A stretch of 64,000 nucleotides of DNA, from the NCBI GenBank assembly GCA_964541305.1, contig CAZIPE010000001.1:12138-76137 (forward strand), read 5' to 3'. Position numbers and translations under genes: made by a program. Each line of letters begins with the position of its first letter. The stretch's first letter is position 1. Positions 19,901 to 27,372 of the stretch are shown here, one piece after another. The notes beneath the pieces were generated by a model. It ran no database searches, was not told where the DNA came from, and saw nothing but the letters and a program-made list of their open reading frames with translations. Origin of the DNA: an uncultured Candidatus Saccharibacteria bacterium. Its GTDB lineage: Bacteria; Patescibacteriota; Saccharimonadia; Saccharimonadales; UBA7683.

Positions 19901-19974
19901 TCATCGGTCGAGCCAGTGAAAATGTGCTCAGCATCATATTCAACGCGCTGCAAAAGATGTTCGGAATAAACTAA
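13912..19974 (+). CDS. Giant (2020 aa) N-terminally anchored surface protein: LamG/ConA-like domains, ~14 x 55-aa Trp/Gly-rich propeller-like repeats, FN3 and purple-acid-phosphatase-N-like FN3 modules
   Basis: N-terminal TM anchor (LASFLTVLFAGSLLLRF). LamG-like signatures (W.HIAATYDG..MKLYINGQ...FKGMLDEVRISN). Repeats of consensus GDGEVWRYNGSxWTKIGGDGxxSSW. C-terminal modules with SW.TD...Y......H.V.L..L..GT.YYYK pattern repeated 4 times. Confidence 0.85.
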   Translation: MRVKKDRKLVFFKRIQDVYVRLGYSSVSKAIKRWLRLPAKAIAGTLLTVHGWLLRHSRVYRAVSRYGSHHPRQRILASFLTVLFAGSLLLRFGAYASDVNKVWDFSNPTDYSLEDSDKLEYEGSSVRLKAQNYATDSNTKALYHLDEASGTTVADSSSNSNTATATNPTWGTGNLNNALQLNGTTSQLSADDSTSLSLTQSNTLEAWTKFNDSFTAGSTAGRQSVIDKGPYQLYYDDETGKAVYELQNSSATNWQQQAGGGVNRSWDLDGKNSADSSVGIGNDLYIGTGSSTAGDAEVWKLSAAGVWTQIGGAGLNNSWAANTFETIASLETDGTNLYAGTGLSSGDGEVWMWNGTTWSRIGGDAINSSWAVNTYNSVLSMDYFGGNLYAGLGSGTGGGEVWRYNGSSWTKIGGDGLSSSWAAAFTVKRLENDGTNLYAGTGNTAGMADVWRWNGTIWAQIGGDGINSSWAASTYEEVLSSFYMGSNLYIGLGTTAGDAEVWRWSGGAWTKLASSGVGFPAATYTGVYSLSGDGTNLYAGVGSGVNLGDVWKYNGSTWTQVGNDGLNSSWTGGRLVSTMAYVNSKLFAHNTFSAVATIPLYSYNGSVWQREGGQYFDGSWGYTAFNAVQSMTTSSGKLYAGLTSTYGGAIVFEFNGGVWQQIGGNLTNGSWDLGTFNAIESMTSYNGNLVVGTTGTVNGDAEVWSWDGSTWTKLGGDGLSSSWNVSYSATKSLAVNAGILYAGVGSTGNNGGIWKYESGTWVKIGGDGTNGSWNNVFRYVTSMNFYNGELVAGGTGSTTSSAEVWKWNGSSWTKIGGDGVGSSWNAANYLEVNALATYQGKLIAGIGGSAGDGEVWRYDGTTWTLIGGDSVDSSWDGTTTHRRVATLTVYNGDLYAGTSGSAGDGEAWRYNGSTWSQAGGDSISSSWTNAIISVRSMVVYKGKLYTGLGDNISLHPLVYSLGNNGYLESTNSSYNTDWRHIAATYDGTTMKLYINGQLDASTAVSLSMSDTSSPLLIGSAQGPVTASKGTGKFKGMLDEVRISNSARTNFTTTPYTSERVSARLATADYTSGIASWDDYISSETTNGGTLTYRLSDDDGTTWKFWNGSAWAVSADLSQANGATDIGDHIATFPVSTGGITWQAVFDGDGNQRVQLNSVSLAATADNTAPAANASSIVMKTSPSGPTINSGQWTNAQEPYFSWTPGNDAQSTIKGYCLYLGTSQSDDPVTSKGLLGTSPLDTDGECQFAVAGDSVDLSTSGYLGSPLVSSNSTYYLNVKAIDNAGNVFTGASESFAFKFDNTNPTNPLFVSAPSQFVSNKQVTITWPTSNATAADDNHSGVAGLQYKIGAGGTWYGDGHTGAQDVTDLLADDGSYQTIDPIDFNALSDGNNTIYFRTYDNAGNFSASTVTGVIKINTTSPTGPQNVTATPATNTTNAFAFSWSPPATFGGSASNLEYCYSINTLPSVNTCTYTDPGVTSLVSGAYATQPGENTFYVVAKDEAGNINYATTSSAIFTANTSAPGIALNLDIVDISVKSTNNWRLALSWDEPTDAGAGIASYKVYRSADNITFTNVASTAGTSYVDGGLSQQPYYYKVRACDSANNCGAYTSAVDETPTGKYTTAANSTSAPEVSSVSTRKATISWSTDRQSDSRIQYGIKSGQYFATEAAISDQVTDHEVLLNNLSAGTTYYYKAKWTDEDGNTGQSAELSFKTAPAPVVKEVTSEPSLSDADINFTSKDAAKVKIYFGKSESFGGLTTLNTSLAESKYGTTLTGLDDGSKYFFKLNTLDSDGNEYEGNVYSFTTPPRPRITNLRFQPVKDQPSSTQRVTWNTNVPSSSEITYGVRRPTQSLSQSKLTTEHEITIKGLSDDSDYVLIARSRDASGNVATSDQQSFKTALDTRPPKIADITVDTSIRGTGAEARGQVVISWKTDEPATSQVAYGEGSSGFLSSVSSEDAKLTTDHVVVVSDLSTSRVYHFEARSFDRARNEAKGDQQVAIIGRASENVLSIIFNALQKMFGIN

Positions 19975-20741
19975 TGGAACCAGCTGTAAAGACATCACAT
20001 TCTGGCAGAAACATGTGTGAGTTTAAGAATGTGTCTAAATCGTTCACATCCAAAGACCTGACTATCTCAGTTCTCAAAAATATAAACTTCACTATCCCTG
20101 AAGGCAGTTTTACAATACTCTATGGCCCATCTGGAAGTGGCAAAACGACCATCTTGAATACTATGATTGGTCTTCAACCTGCCACAAGCGGGAAGGTCTG
20201 TGTGAACGGCACTGATCTATACAGTCTCGATAGCGATAAACGGGCTCACTTTCGTGCTTCTACGCTTGGTATGGTGCACCAAGATAACTATTGGGTAAAC
20301 AGTCTTACCGTTCTTGAAAATATCGCCTTACCACTCCTGCTGGCTGGCTGGGACCATAAAAAGGCCTTGATGGTAGCACAACAAAGCTTGGTTCGAGTGG
20401 GGCTGGAGAGTTATGGTAACTATAACCCCACAGTACTCTCCGGGGGGCAGCAGCAACGCGTTTCTTTTGCTCGAGCTACCGTCATACGGCCAAAACTGCT
20501 AGTAGCTGATGAACCGACAGGCAATCTTGATAGCAAAAATGGCGAGCTTATTATTAGCCTTCTACAGGATTTCAACAGTCGCTACAATGCAACCGTAGTG
20601 CTCGTTACTCATAATCTTGAATTACTTGCTCTCAGTAATAATCTTATTAGCGTCAAGGATGGTCAGATTGTTGAATCAAGCACCCCCGATCCTACCGTCA
20701 AGTTCATGACAGCTTCAATTGCAGGGAAGAAACCAAAATGA
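19974..20741 (+). CDS. ABC transporter ATP-binding protein, MacB/LolD/FtsE family
   Basis: Walker [10 protein letters not shown], signature [14 protein letters not shown], Walker [13 protein letters not shown]. The start overlaps the upstream stop (TAATG). A later start at [11 protein letters not shown] (20013) is also possible. Confidence 0.8.
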   Translation: MEPAVKTSHSGRNMCEFKNVSKSFTSKDLTISVLKNINFTIPEGSFTILYGPSGSGKTTILNTMIGLQPATSGKVCVNGTDLYSLDSDKRAHFRASTLGMVHQDNYWVNSLTVLENIALPLLLAGWDHKKALMVAQQSLVRVGLESYGNYNPTVLSGGQQQRVSFARATVIRPKLLVADEPTGNLDSKNGELIISLLQDFNSRYNATVVLVTHNLELLALSNNLISVKDGQIVESSTPDPTVKFMTASIAGKKPK

Positions 20742-22021
20742 AAATTCCTAAAACAAATCTCAAAAAAAATGTAAATGAAGCGAAAGGCACTATTCGCTGG
20801 AGCTTACTGATAGATATTGCATTCAAAAATCTATTTTACAAGAAGCTCCGGACCTCACTGACTATTATTGGTGTTGTCATCGGTGTAGGTGCGGTGGTAT
20901 TCCTACTTGCTTTTGGTTTTGGCCTACGTGATGTAGTAACTCGGCAGGTTGTGGATTCAAATTCTATTCGTACCATTGATGTTGAGAGTGCGAAATCTCA
21001 GCTGGTGACACTTAACCAGGAGACTATCGGCAAAATTACGCAAATTGAAGATGTTACCGATGTCTCACGGGTATATAGTGTCGCTGGTAATACAACCTAT
21101 GGAAATTCTCAAATTGAATCAGTGCTATACGGGGTTGATCAAGAGTATCTCGATCTGGCTAATGTAAAACTCTCAGCTGGGCAGCCACCCCAGTTTAAAA
21201 ATGCTGACGATATTTTCGTCAATACTTCTTATGCCAAAGCAATCGGAATTTCAGACAGCAAAGACCTTATAGGCAAGGAGCTCGAGGTGTCATTAGAGGC
21301 TCCGGTGCCGCAGCTTGCTGAAGAAGCTGAAAATAACGATACTGGTCCGGAGTCCGCTGTCGCTACGAAAGAAGTGGTGATTAAGGGCAAGGTGGCAAGC
21401 GTATTTGAAACAGGCAGCGGTTCTGAACTGTACGTTTCGAGTAACATATTTGATGATTTTGGCTTTGAAGATGCAAGTCAGTTGAAGGTACTGGTTGATC
21501 GAAAAGAACAAGTTGTTGAGGCGCAGAAGAAGATTGAAGCTCTGGGACTTATTACGGTTTCACCACTTAGCACGCTCGAACAAATTAACCAGGTATTCGG
21601 TTTTCTTAACCTACTATTTCTGGGCTTTGGTGGCATTGGTCTCATTATTGCTGTTTTAGGTATGTTTAACACACTCACTATCTCGCTACTCGAGCGCACC
21701 AAAGAAATTGGTTTGATGATTACACTTGGAGCACGCAAAAAAGATATTCTACGCTTGTTTGTAGTAGAAGCCGTCGGTCTTTCAATGATTGGTGGTGCTC
21801 TCGGAGTGGTAGTAGCGTATGGGATAAGTCGAATTGCTGATGTGGTGCTCAATGGGTTCGCCCGTTCAAGAGGTGTCACCGACACATTCACTATTTTCGC
21901 GTTCAAGCCCGTGCTGATTTTGGCTGTCTTTGTTTTCTCGGCCCTCCTTGGTTTACTTGTGGTCTATTTCCCCGCCAAGCGAGCCGCAAATATTAACCCA
22001 ATTGAAGCTCTCAAGTCGTAA
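20738..22021 (+). CDS. ABC transporter permease, FtsX/MacB-type (type VII ABC)
   Basis: ATGA overlap with the ATPase gene. One N-terminal TM, a ~230-aa periplasmic domain, then three C-terminal TMs with FtsX-like LxERxKEIGxMxxLGA motif (LLERTKEIGLMITLGA). Confidence 0.8.
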   Translation: MKIPKTNLKKNVNEAKGTIRWSLLIDIAFKNLFYKKLRTSLTIIGVVIGVGAVVFLLAFGFGLRDVVTRQVVDSNSIRTIDVESAKSQLVTLNQETIGKITQIEDVTDVSRVYSVAGNTTYGNSQIESVLYGVDQEYLDLANVKLSAGQPPQFKNADDIFVNTSYAKAIGISDSKDLIGKELEVSLEAPVPQLAEEAENNDTGPESAVATKEVVIKGKVASVFETGSGSELYVSSNIFDDFGFEDASQLKVLVDRKEQVVEAQKKIEALGLITVSPLSTLEQINQVFGFLNLLFLGFGGIGLIIAVLGMFNTLTISLLERTKEIGLMITLGARKKDILRLFVVEAVGLSMIGGALGVVVAYGISRIADVVLNGFARSRGVTDTFTIFAFKPVLILAVFVFSALLGLLVVYFPAKRAANINPIEALKS

Positions 22022-22055
22022 GTGCTATACTGATGAGCATAAGAAGGATTAACCC

Positions 22056-23168
22056 ATGACTTTAAATGTAAATATTGATACGAAAAATGTTATAAAAGTA
22101 TTCACGCTTGCAGTACTCTTCATTGTTGGTGTTTTTGCCCTCATTCGTATGTATGACGCGCTTGTGTTGGTTGCTACGGCATTCTTTTTTGCTCTTGCAC
22201 TGAATCCTGCGGTGAGTTTTTTGAGTAAATACATGCCGAAAAAAAAGCGTGGTCCTGCGGTATTTATTGTTATGCTTAGTGCATTCTTCTTGCTGAGCGT
22301 GTTAATCTTCTCTATTCTTACGCCAGTTTCGCGTGAAGCGTCTGCTTTTTCGGAGACAATACCACAAAGAATCGATGAGCTTAATAGTCAGGACTCGCCA
22401 TTTGGAAGATTTGTCTACAAATACGATCTTCAGGATGATATTACAGAAGTGATTAACTCTGCCCAAAGTCGACTAGTCAGCTTATCGAGCAATGCAGTGA
22501 GCAAGGTTGGTCAGTTTGGCAATAGTGTGATCATGTCAATCGCTGGAATGGTTATAACGGTACTAATGCTTACTAACGGCCCAGCGCTCTTTAAGCGAGT
22601 TGAACGCAACGTGTACCGTGACCAGAAGTTACGTGCTCGACACGAAAATCTTTTGAATAAAATGTACGATGTTGTCACTGGGTATGTGAATGGGCAGTTA
22701 CTTGTTGCTGTTGTCGCATCGCTTGTGGCGCTTGGGGTGCTTTTTCTGCTAGGCGTACCTTATCCACTCCCTCTTGCTGCAATCGTATTTGTATTCGGTT
22801 TAATCCCGCTCATCGGCAATACAATTGCCGCAATACTAGTAGTTTTGTTTACGCTGATACTTAAAGATCTTACTTCAGCTCTCATTCTTATCGCTTTCTT
22901 CGTGCTCTATCAGCAGATTGAAAATGCCACCCTGCAACCCCTTGTGCAAGGCAGAGCTACACAACTTCCTACGCTTGTCATCTTTGTGTCAGTCATCTTA
23001 GGCGTGGCGCTTATGGGCCCAATCGGTGGTTTATTCGCTATCCCTGCTGCTGGTTGCGCTAAGGTTCTGCTCGCAGATTATCTTGAACATCGTCCTGCTC
23101 CAAAGAATAGCGGTGCCAAAAACCTATCTGCCTCGTTAAAGCATCACATCAAAAAAGCCGTTAGCTAG
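22056..23168 (+). CDS. AI-2E family transporter (UPF0118/PerM-like)
   Basis: Eight predicted TMs, length ~370 aa, C-terminal GPIGGLFAIPAAG motif typical of the family. AAGGA SD. Confidence 0.65.
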   Translation: MTLNVNIDTKNVIKVFTLAVLFIVGVFALIRMYDALVLVATAFFFALALNPAVSFLSKYMPKKKRGPAVFIVMLSAFFLLSVLIFSILTPVSREASAFSETIPQRIDELNSQDSPFGRFVYKYDLQDDITEVINSAQSRLVSLSSNAVSKVGQFGNSVIMSIAGMVITVLMLTNGPALFKRVERNVYRDQKLRARHENLLNKMYDVVTGYVNGQLLVAVVASLVALGVLFLLGVPYPLPLAAIVFVFGLIPLIGNTIAAILVVLFTLILKDLTSALILIAFFVLYQQIENATLQPLVQGRATQLPTLVIFVSVILGVALMGPIGGLFAIPAAGCAKVLLADYLEHRPAPKNSGAKNLSASLKHHIKKAVS

Positions 23169-24535
23169 ACTCTACTCCAGATAGTTTTGTCGGCAGTATC
23201 TTTTACTTCAATACCGCGTTTTTTTAGCGTATCACGTAGTTCATCTGCTTTTACCCAGTCTTTTGCCTGTCGTGCCTGTTCGCGCTGTGCTATGAGCTGT
23301 TTTTCTCCATCGGTAATATCATCATCCAATAAATCTAAACCTAGTACGTCACGAATGGTGAGCAGGGTGTCTCGAGATGGCATTGCCTGGGCTTCTTCAA
23401 CGTTGTCAAAATAGGCATCAATTTTAGCCAGAGCTATCGGACTGTTCAAATCGTCTGAGAGGGCATCCATAATTTCCTGGGATATATCAGGTTGATCATT
23501 TTTTAAAGTTTCAATCTGCCAGCGACGATTGAACATAGCGCGCCACCTATTCAAACGGTTCTGACTTGCCTCTAAAATATCCCAAGTAAAATTACCTTCC
23601 GTGCGGTAGTGCTTGCTTAGGATGAGTAGTTTAAATGCTTCTGTCGAAAAGTTTTTGGCTTTAATATCTGCCAGGGTGTATATATTGCCAAGACTTTTAC
23701 TCATCTTTGTTCCGTCAACTTTGATGTGATTATTATGTAGCCATATCTGTGAAAATGGTTTTCCTGTTACACTCTCAGTTTGGGCAATCTCATTGGTGTG
23801 ATGCACGGGGATGTGATCTATGCCACCGGTATGAATATCAATCTGATCGCCCAGAAACTCTCTGGCTAGTACTGAACATTCGAGATGCCAACCAGGAAAG
23901 CCAATTACCCAAGGACTTTCCCATTCCATGTCTCGCTTCTCGCCCGCATGAGAAAACTTCCATAGTGCAAAATCAGTTGGGTTCTTCTTCCCTTCAACTG
24001 GCACACGAGCGCCAGGTTTTAAGCCTTCAATATCGAGCATTGCCAATTTGCCATAATCCGATAACTTGCTGGTATCAAAGTATACTCCGTCATCGGGGAT
24101 CACGTAGGTAAAACCTTTTTCCTCAAGTTCTTTGACAAATTCAATTTGCTTCTCAATATAATCAGTAGCTCGCGGCAGTTCATCTGGGGTGATGAGCCCT
24201 AGCTCAGCAGATTCCTTTTCTGCTATTTCAATGTATTTCTCAGCAACCTCCCAAGCGCTAATACCTTCGCGTTTTGCACCTTTTTCAAGCTTATCTTCAC
24301 CGCTATCCTCGTCGGACGTAAGATGCCCGACGTCAGTAATATTTTGTACACGTGTGACGTCGTAGCCATCAGCTTTTAGCGTGCGCACAAGGATATCCCA
24401 GTAAATATACCCCACCCAGTTACCAATATGGGGTTGTGAGTACACCGTCAGACCACAGGTATACATTTTCACCTTTTTGTCATCAAGTGGTTTGAATTCT
24501 TCTTTTTTTCTGGTGAGCGTATTATACAGCTTCAT
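23165..24535 (-). CDS. cysS: Cysteine--tRNA ligase
   Basis: Class I signatures HIGN (HIGH) and KMSKS, plus CysRS-like core (CGLTVYSQPHIGN, WHLECS). GGAG SD precedes the second ATG; the ORF track starts 4 codons earlier. Confidence 0.9.
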   Translation of the reverse strand: MKLYNTLTRKKEEFKPLDDKKVKMYTCGLTVYSQPHIGNWVGYIYWDILVRTLKADGYDVTRVQNITDVGHLTSDEDSGEDKLEKGAKREGISAWEVAEKYIEIAEKESAELGLITPDELPRATDYIEKQIEFVKELEEKGFTYVIPDDGVYFDTSKLSDYGKLAMLDIEGLKPGARVPVEGKKNPTDFALWKFSHAGEKRDMEWESPWVIGFPGWHLECSVLAREFLGDQIDIHTGGIDHIPVHHTNEIAQTESVTGKPFSQIWLHNNHIKVDGTKMSKSLGNIYTLADIKAKNFSTEAFKLLILSKHYRTEGNFTWDILEASQNRLNRWRAMFNRRWQIETLKNDQPDISQEIMDALSDDLNSPIALAKIDAYFDNVEEAQAMPSRDTLLTIRDVLGLDLLDDDITDGEKQLIAQREQARQAKDWVKADELRDTLKKRGIEVKDTADKTIWSRV

Positions 24536-24938
24536 GCTTTTCTCCATCTTTAATTATCAATGGTATTGCCGACACCGGAATTTTTCTAACGTTAACTTGC
24601 TCCATTCCTTCAATCGATTGCTTCATCAGCCGGTGTAATCCGTCAAGAATGAGCCAGCGTTCTTTCCAGTGTATTATGTCAATTGGATATCGTGTATCTG
24701 CCTGCATTGTTCGCGTATATTCTCCGGAATGTTTTTCTGGATGATTAATAACTTCCCTAGGTGTTACGTCATAATAACCATCAGGTTTAGACCAGTAGAA
24801 TGGTATATCAAAATGCCAAATTAAACTTTCAATTGATATTTCTTCAATCGGCACATTTAAACCCCAGACTTTTCGTTCATCCCAACTAAAATCAAAACCA
24901 ACCTCCTTTATTATGTCGGGGAGAGGGCGTTTAGTCAT
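24522..24938 (-). CDS. Hypothetical protein with ParB/sulfiredoxin-like DGxHR motif
   Basis: LILDGLHRL resembles the ParB-N/Srx fold signature. Overlaps the cysS start by 14 nt. Confidence 0.4.
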   Translation of the reverse strand: MTKRPLPDIIKEVGFDFSWDERKVWGLNVPIEEISIESLIWHFDIPFYWSKPDGYYDVTPREVINHPEKHSGEYTRTMQADTRYPIDIIHWKERWLILDGLHRLMKQSIEGMEQVNVRKIPVSAIPLIIKDGEKHEAV

Positions 24939-25899
24939 GTATTAGTTCCTGGGCTTTTTTAGTGATTTCAGTTTTTAGTTCGTCTAGTTGCCAATCGGTT
25001 GTTTTAAACCCAGCTGCATAATCATGGCCACCGCCGCCGAAATGTCCGGCTAGTTTGCCAGCTATTGGTTCGTTGCCTCGCAATTTTCCTGTAATTTTTC
25101 CATCAGGATACGTCTTGAGGGCAACAGAAAGTTTTACCCCTTCAGTATTTCGCAGTTCCTCAAGTGCGAGCATGCTCGGATTGTAGAGTGGACTATATTT
25201 TTCAATTTCTTCCCATGGAATAGTAATAAGGGCAAGCGCACCATCAAGCAGATATTCAATGCGTTGGAGTAAGATTCCTTTGTAGGTGACTATTTCTTTA
25301 GACTTTTGCATCATTTTGCGTCGCCGAGTATCGACGTCGCTCATTTTAGCCCCTTTATCGAGCATATCAGCCACTACACGAAGTGTTTGACTGGTTACTG
25401 CTTCAGTAGTCATCCCAAGTGTGTCGGCGAGTGTAGCCTCAATTATGTGGGTGGCAGCCATTGAGTTAATCTCCCAGCCCTCTTGTTGAGCAAGCTGATA
25501 TACGAGCTCTCCTGTTGCAATGACACTCCCCTCGCCCTTAAAAAACTCCGCATGCTCAAGCGGTAGGTCATTTTCTACTGGGTGACAGTCCAAGACGAGC
25601 ACGGGTTTATTATTGATTGCGCTCAGCCGAATACCACTAAGAGTGTTTTCTAGTAAGTTTCCTGAAACGGTGTCAACAATAACGCTCAGATCAAATTCAT
25701 TAGGAAATTCATCGGTAATTCGATCATGACCCTCTATATACCCAAGATAGCTCGGAATATTCACATAACTGTAGATTGCTACTTCCTTGCCAAAATCACC
25801 AAGAATTTCTTCCAGCGCTAGGGCTGAGGCAACGCTATCGCCATCCGGATTTTCCGGCTGCAACACAACCACTTTTTTAATTTCAGACCAGTTTATCAT
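24931..25899 (-). CDS. nrnA: DHH/DHHA1 phosphoesterase (NrnA-like oligoribonuclease / pAp phosphatase)
   Basis: DHH motifs PDGDSVAS and DTVS, plus DHHA1 GGGH motif (GHFGGGGHDYAAG). Confidence 0.75.
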   Translation of the reverse strand: MINWSEIKKVVVLQPENPDGDSVASALALEEILGDFGKEVAIYSYVNIPSYLGYIEGHDRITDEFPNEFDLSVIVDTVSGNLLENTLSGIRLSAINNKPVLVLDCHPVENDLPLEHAEFFKGEGSVIATGELVYQLAQQEGWEINSMAATHIIEATLADTLGMTTEAVTSQTLRVVADMLDKGAKMSDVDTRRRKMMQKSKEIVTYKGILLQRIEYLLDGALALITIPWEEIEKYSPLYNPSMLALEELRNTEGVKLSVALKTYPDGKITGKLRGNEPIAGKLAGHFGGGGHDYAAGFKTTDWQLDELKTEITKKAQELIHD

Positions 25900-25923
25900 C
25901 TGTTTAATTGTATCATGTAGAAC

Positions 25924-26535
25924 CTAGAGTTGCGTGCGACCCTGGAGGGCATGTTTTAAGGTTATCTGATCGGCGTATTCTAGATCGATTCCAACCGGAA
26001 GGCCACGGGCTAAACGACTCATTTTTACTGTTAAACCTGCTTCTTCAATCATCTTTTGAATAAATAATGCTGTGCTCTCACCTTCAACAGAAGCGTTGGT
26101 TGCTAAGATTATCTCTTGCACCTCATCCTCGGCTATGCGTTTAACGAGCTCCTGAATATGTAACTGTTCAGGGCCAATGCCGTCAATCGGACTAATGACA
26201 CCACCAAGTACATGGTAGGTGCCCTTAAATTGAGCTGTTTTTTCCAGGCTTACAATATCTATTGGGTCTTCTACTACTGCAATTAATTTCTTATCGCGCG
26301 CAGGATCGGAATAAAGTGAAGATACGTCCTCGTTCGTATCAATCAATGCAAATGTTTTTGGACAGGTTTTGAGTGAACTATGTAGATTCTCCAAGCTTGA
26401 TGCCAATTGAAGTGCGTCCTTATTAGAGCCCTTGAGCACCCCGAGAGCATAGCGTTCAGCCGTTCGAGGGCCAACTCCAGGGAGTTTTCCGAGGTTTTCA
26501 ATAAGATCTTCTAGGGCGCGTGGCAGGACACTCAT
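25924..26535 (-). CDS. recR: Recombination protein RecR
   Basis: N-terminal HhH LPGVGPRTAERYA and Toprim segment IIAVVEDPIDIVSLEKT. Sits at the conserved dnaX-ybaB-recR position. Confidence 0.85.
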   Translation of the reverse strand: MSVLPRALEDLIENLGKLPGVGPRTAERYALGVLKGSNKDALQLASSLENLHSSLKTCPKTFALIDTNEDVSSLYSDPARDKKLIAVVEDPIDIVSLEKTAQFKGTYHVLGGVISPIDGIGPEQLHIQELVKRIAEDEVQEIILATNASVEGESTALFIQKMIEEAGLTVKMSRLARGLPVGIDLEYADQITLKHALQGRTQL

Positions 26536-26590
26536 AGAGTGCCTCTGTGTTTCAAGTAGCATGTGTCATATAACAAAGAAGTAGCACGTA

Positions 26591-26950
26591 TCATGTTGCA
26601 GGTTTCTCGCGGAGCGTGTTAACTATTTTTTGTAAAATTAGTAATATTTCTTGTGTCTCTTTCAAGTATTTATCAGTCGCTAATTCATCTGTCAGTTCTG
26701 TGATTATTCTAAGCCAATAACGACTTTCACTCGCCTCTTTTTTTGCTATGAATATTTTATTTCTGAAATCAGCGCGAGAACTTGCGTTCTGAGCTTCTGA
26801 ATAATTGGCACCTACACTTGTTGAAGATCGTATGACCTGATCAATTACAGAAAATGGAAGAGCTTCTCTATATTGCTGAGTCAGTTTAATTACATTTACA
26901 CCAAAATTTAAAAATCGTTGTTCCAGCTCTTCGCTTTGCTTTGTTTTCAC
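26591..26950 (-). CDS. Four-helix-bundle protein (TIGR02436; 23S rRNA IVS-protein family)
   Basis: Family signature QVIRSSTSVGANYSEAQNASSRADFRNKIFIAKKEASESRYWL. Confidence 0.7.
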   Translation of the reverse strand: MKTKQSEELEQRFLNFGVNVIKLTQQYREALPFSVIDQVIRSSTSVGANYSEAQNASSRADFRNKIFIAKKEASESRYWLRIITELTDELATDKYLKETQEILLILQKIVNTLREKPAT

Positions 26951-27003
26951 TTGATACCTGTTACTTGTTACATCTTTGCTACGTGAAACATGTTAAATGA
27001 TAC

Positions 27004-27291
27004 TTATAACCCGAGGTTGCCGAGTTGGCCCATCATCGGCTTCATCTTCTCAGCTGCAAGCTGTTGAGATTCAGTAATAGCCTGTTTAATAGCTTCCTCT
27101 AGCCACGTTTCTAGCTCGCGGATATCATTAAGATCAACCTGGTCCGGATCAATACTAATCTTCTTTAGTTTTTGTTCACCGTTGATCTGAACGGTAACCG
27201 CACCATCGCCGGCCTCGACTTCCACTATCGTTTTAGAAAGTTCTTTCTGGAGCTTTTTTACCTGCATGAGCATTTTAGCTTGATCTAACAT
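27004..27291 (-). CDS. ybaB: YbaB/EbfC nucleoid-associated protein
   Basis: 95 aa; MLMQVKKLQKEL...VDLNDIRELETWLEEAIKQA pattern. Lies between dnaX and recR. Confidence 0.85.
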   Translation of the reverse strand: MLDQAKMLMQVKKLQKELSKTIVEVEAGDGAVTVQINGEQKLKKISIDPDQVDLNDIRELETWLEEAIKQAITESQQLAAEKMKPMMGQLGNLGL

Positions 27292-27372
27292 ATATTTCCT
27301 CTCTTTATAGTATTTGTATTATAGCCTAAAGATGCATGTACGTCATGAGCTCGTTATGTGAGGGGTGTGATT

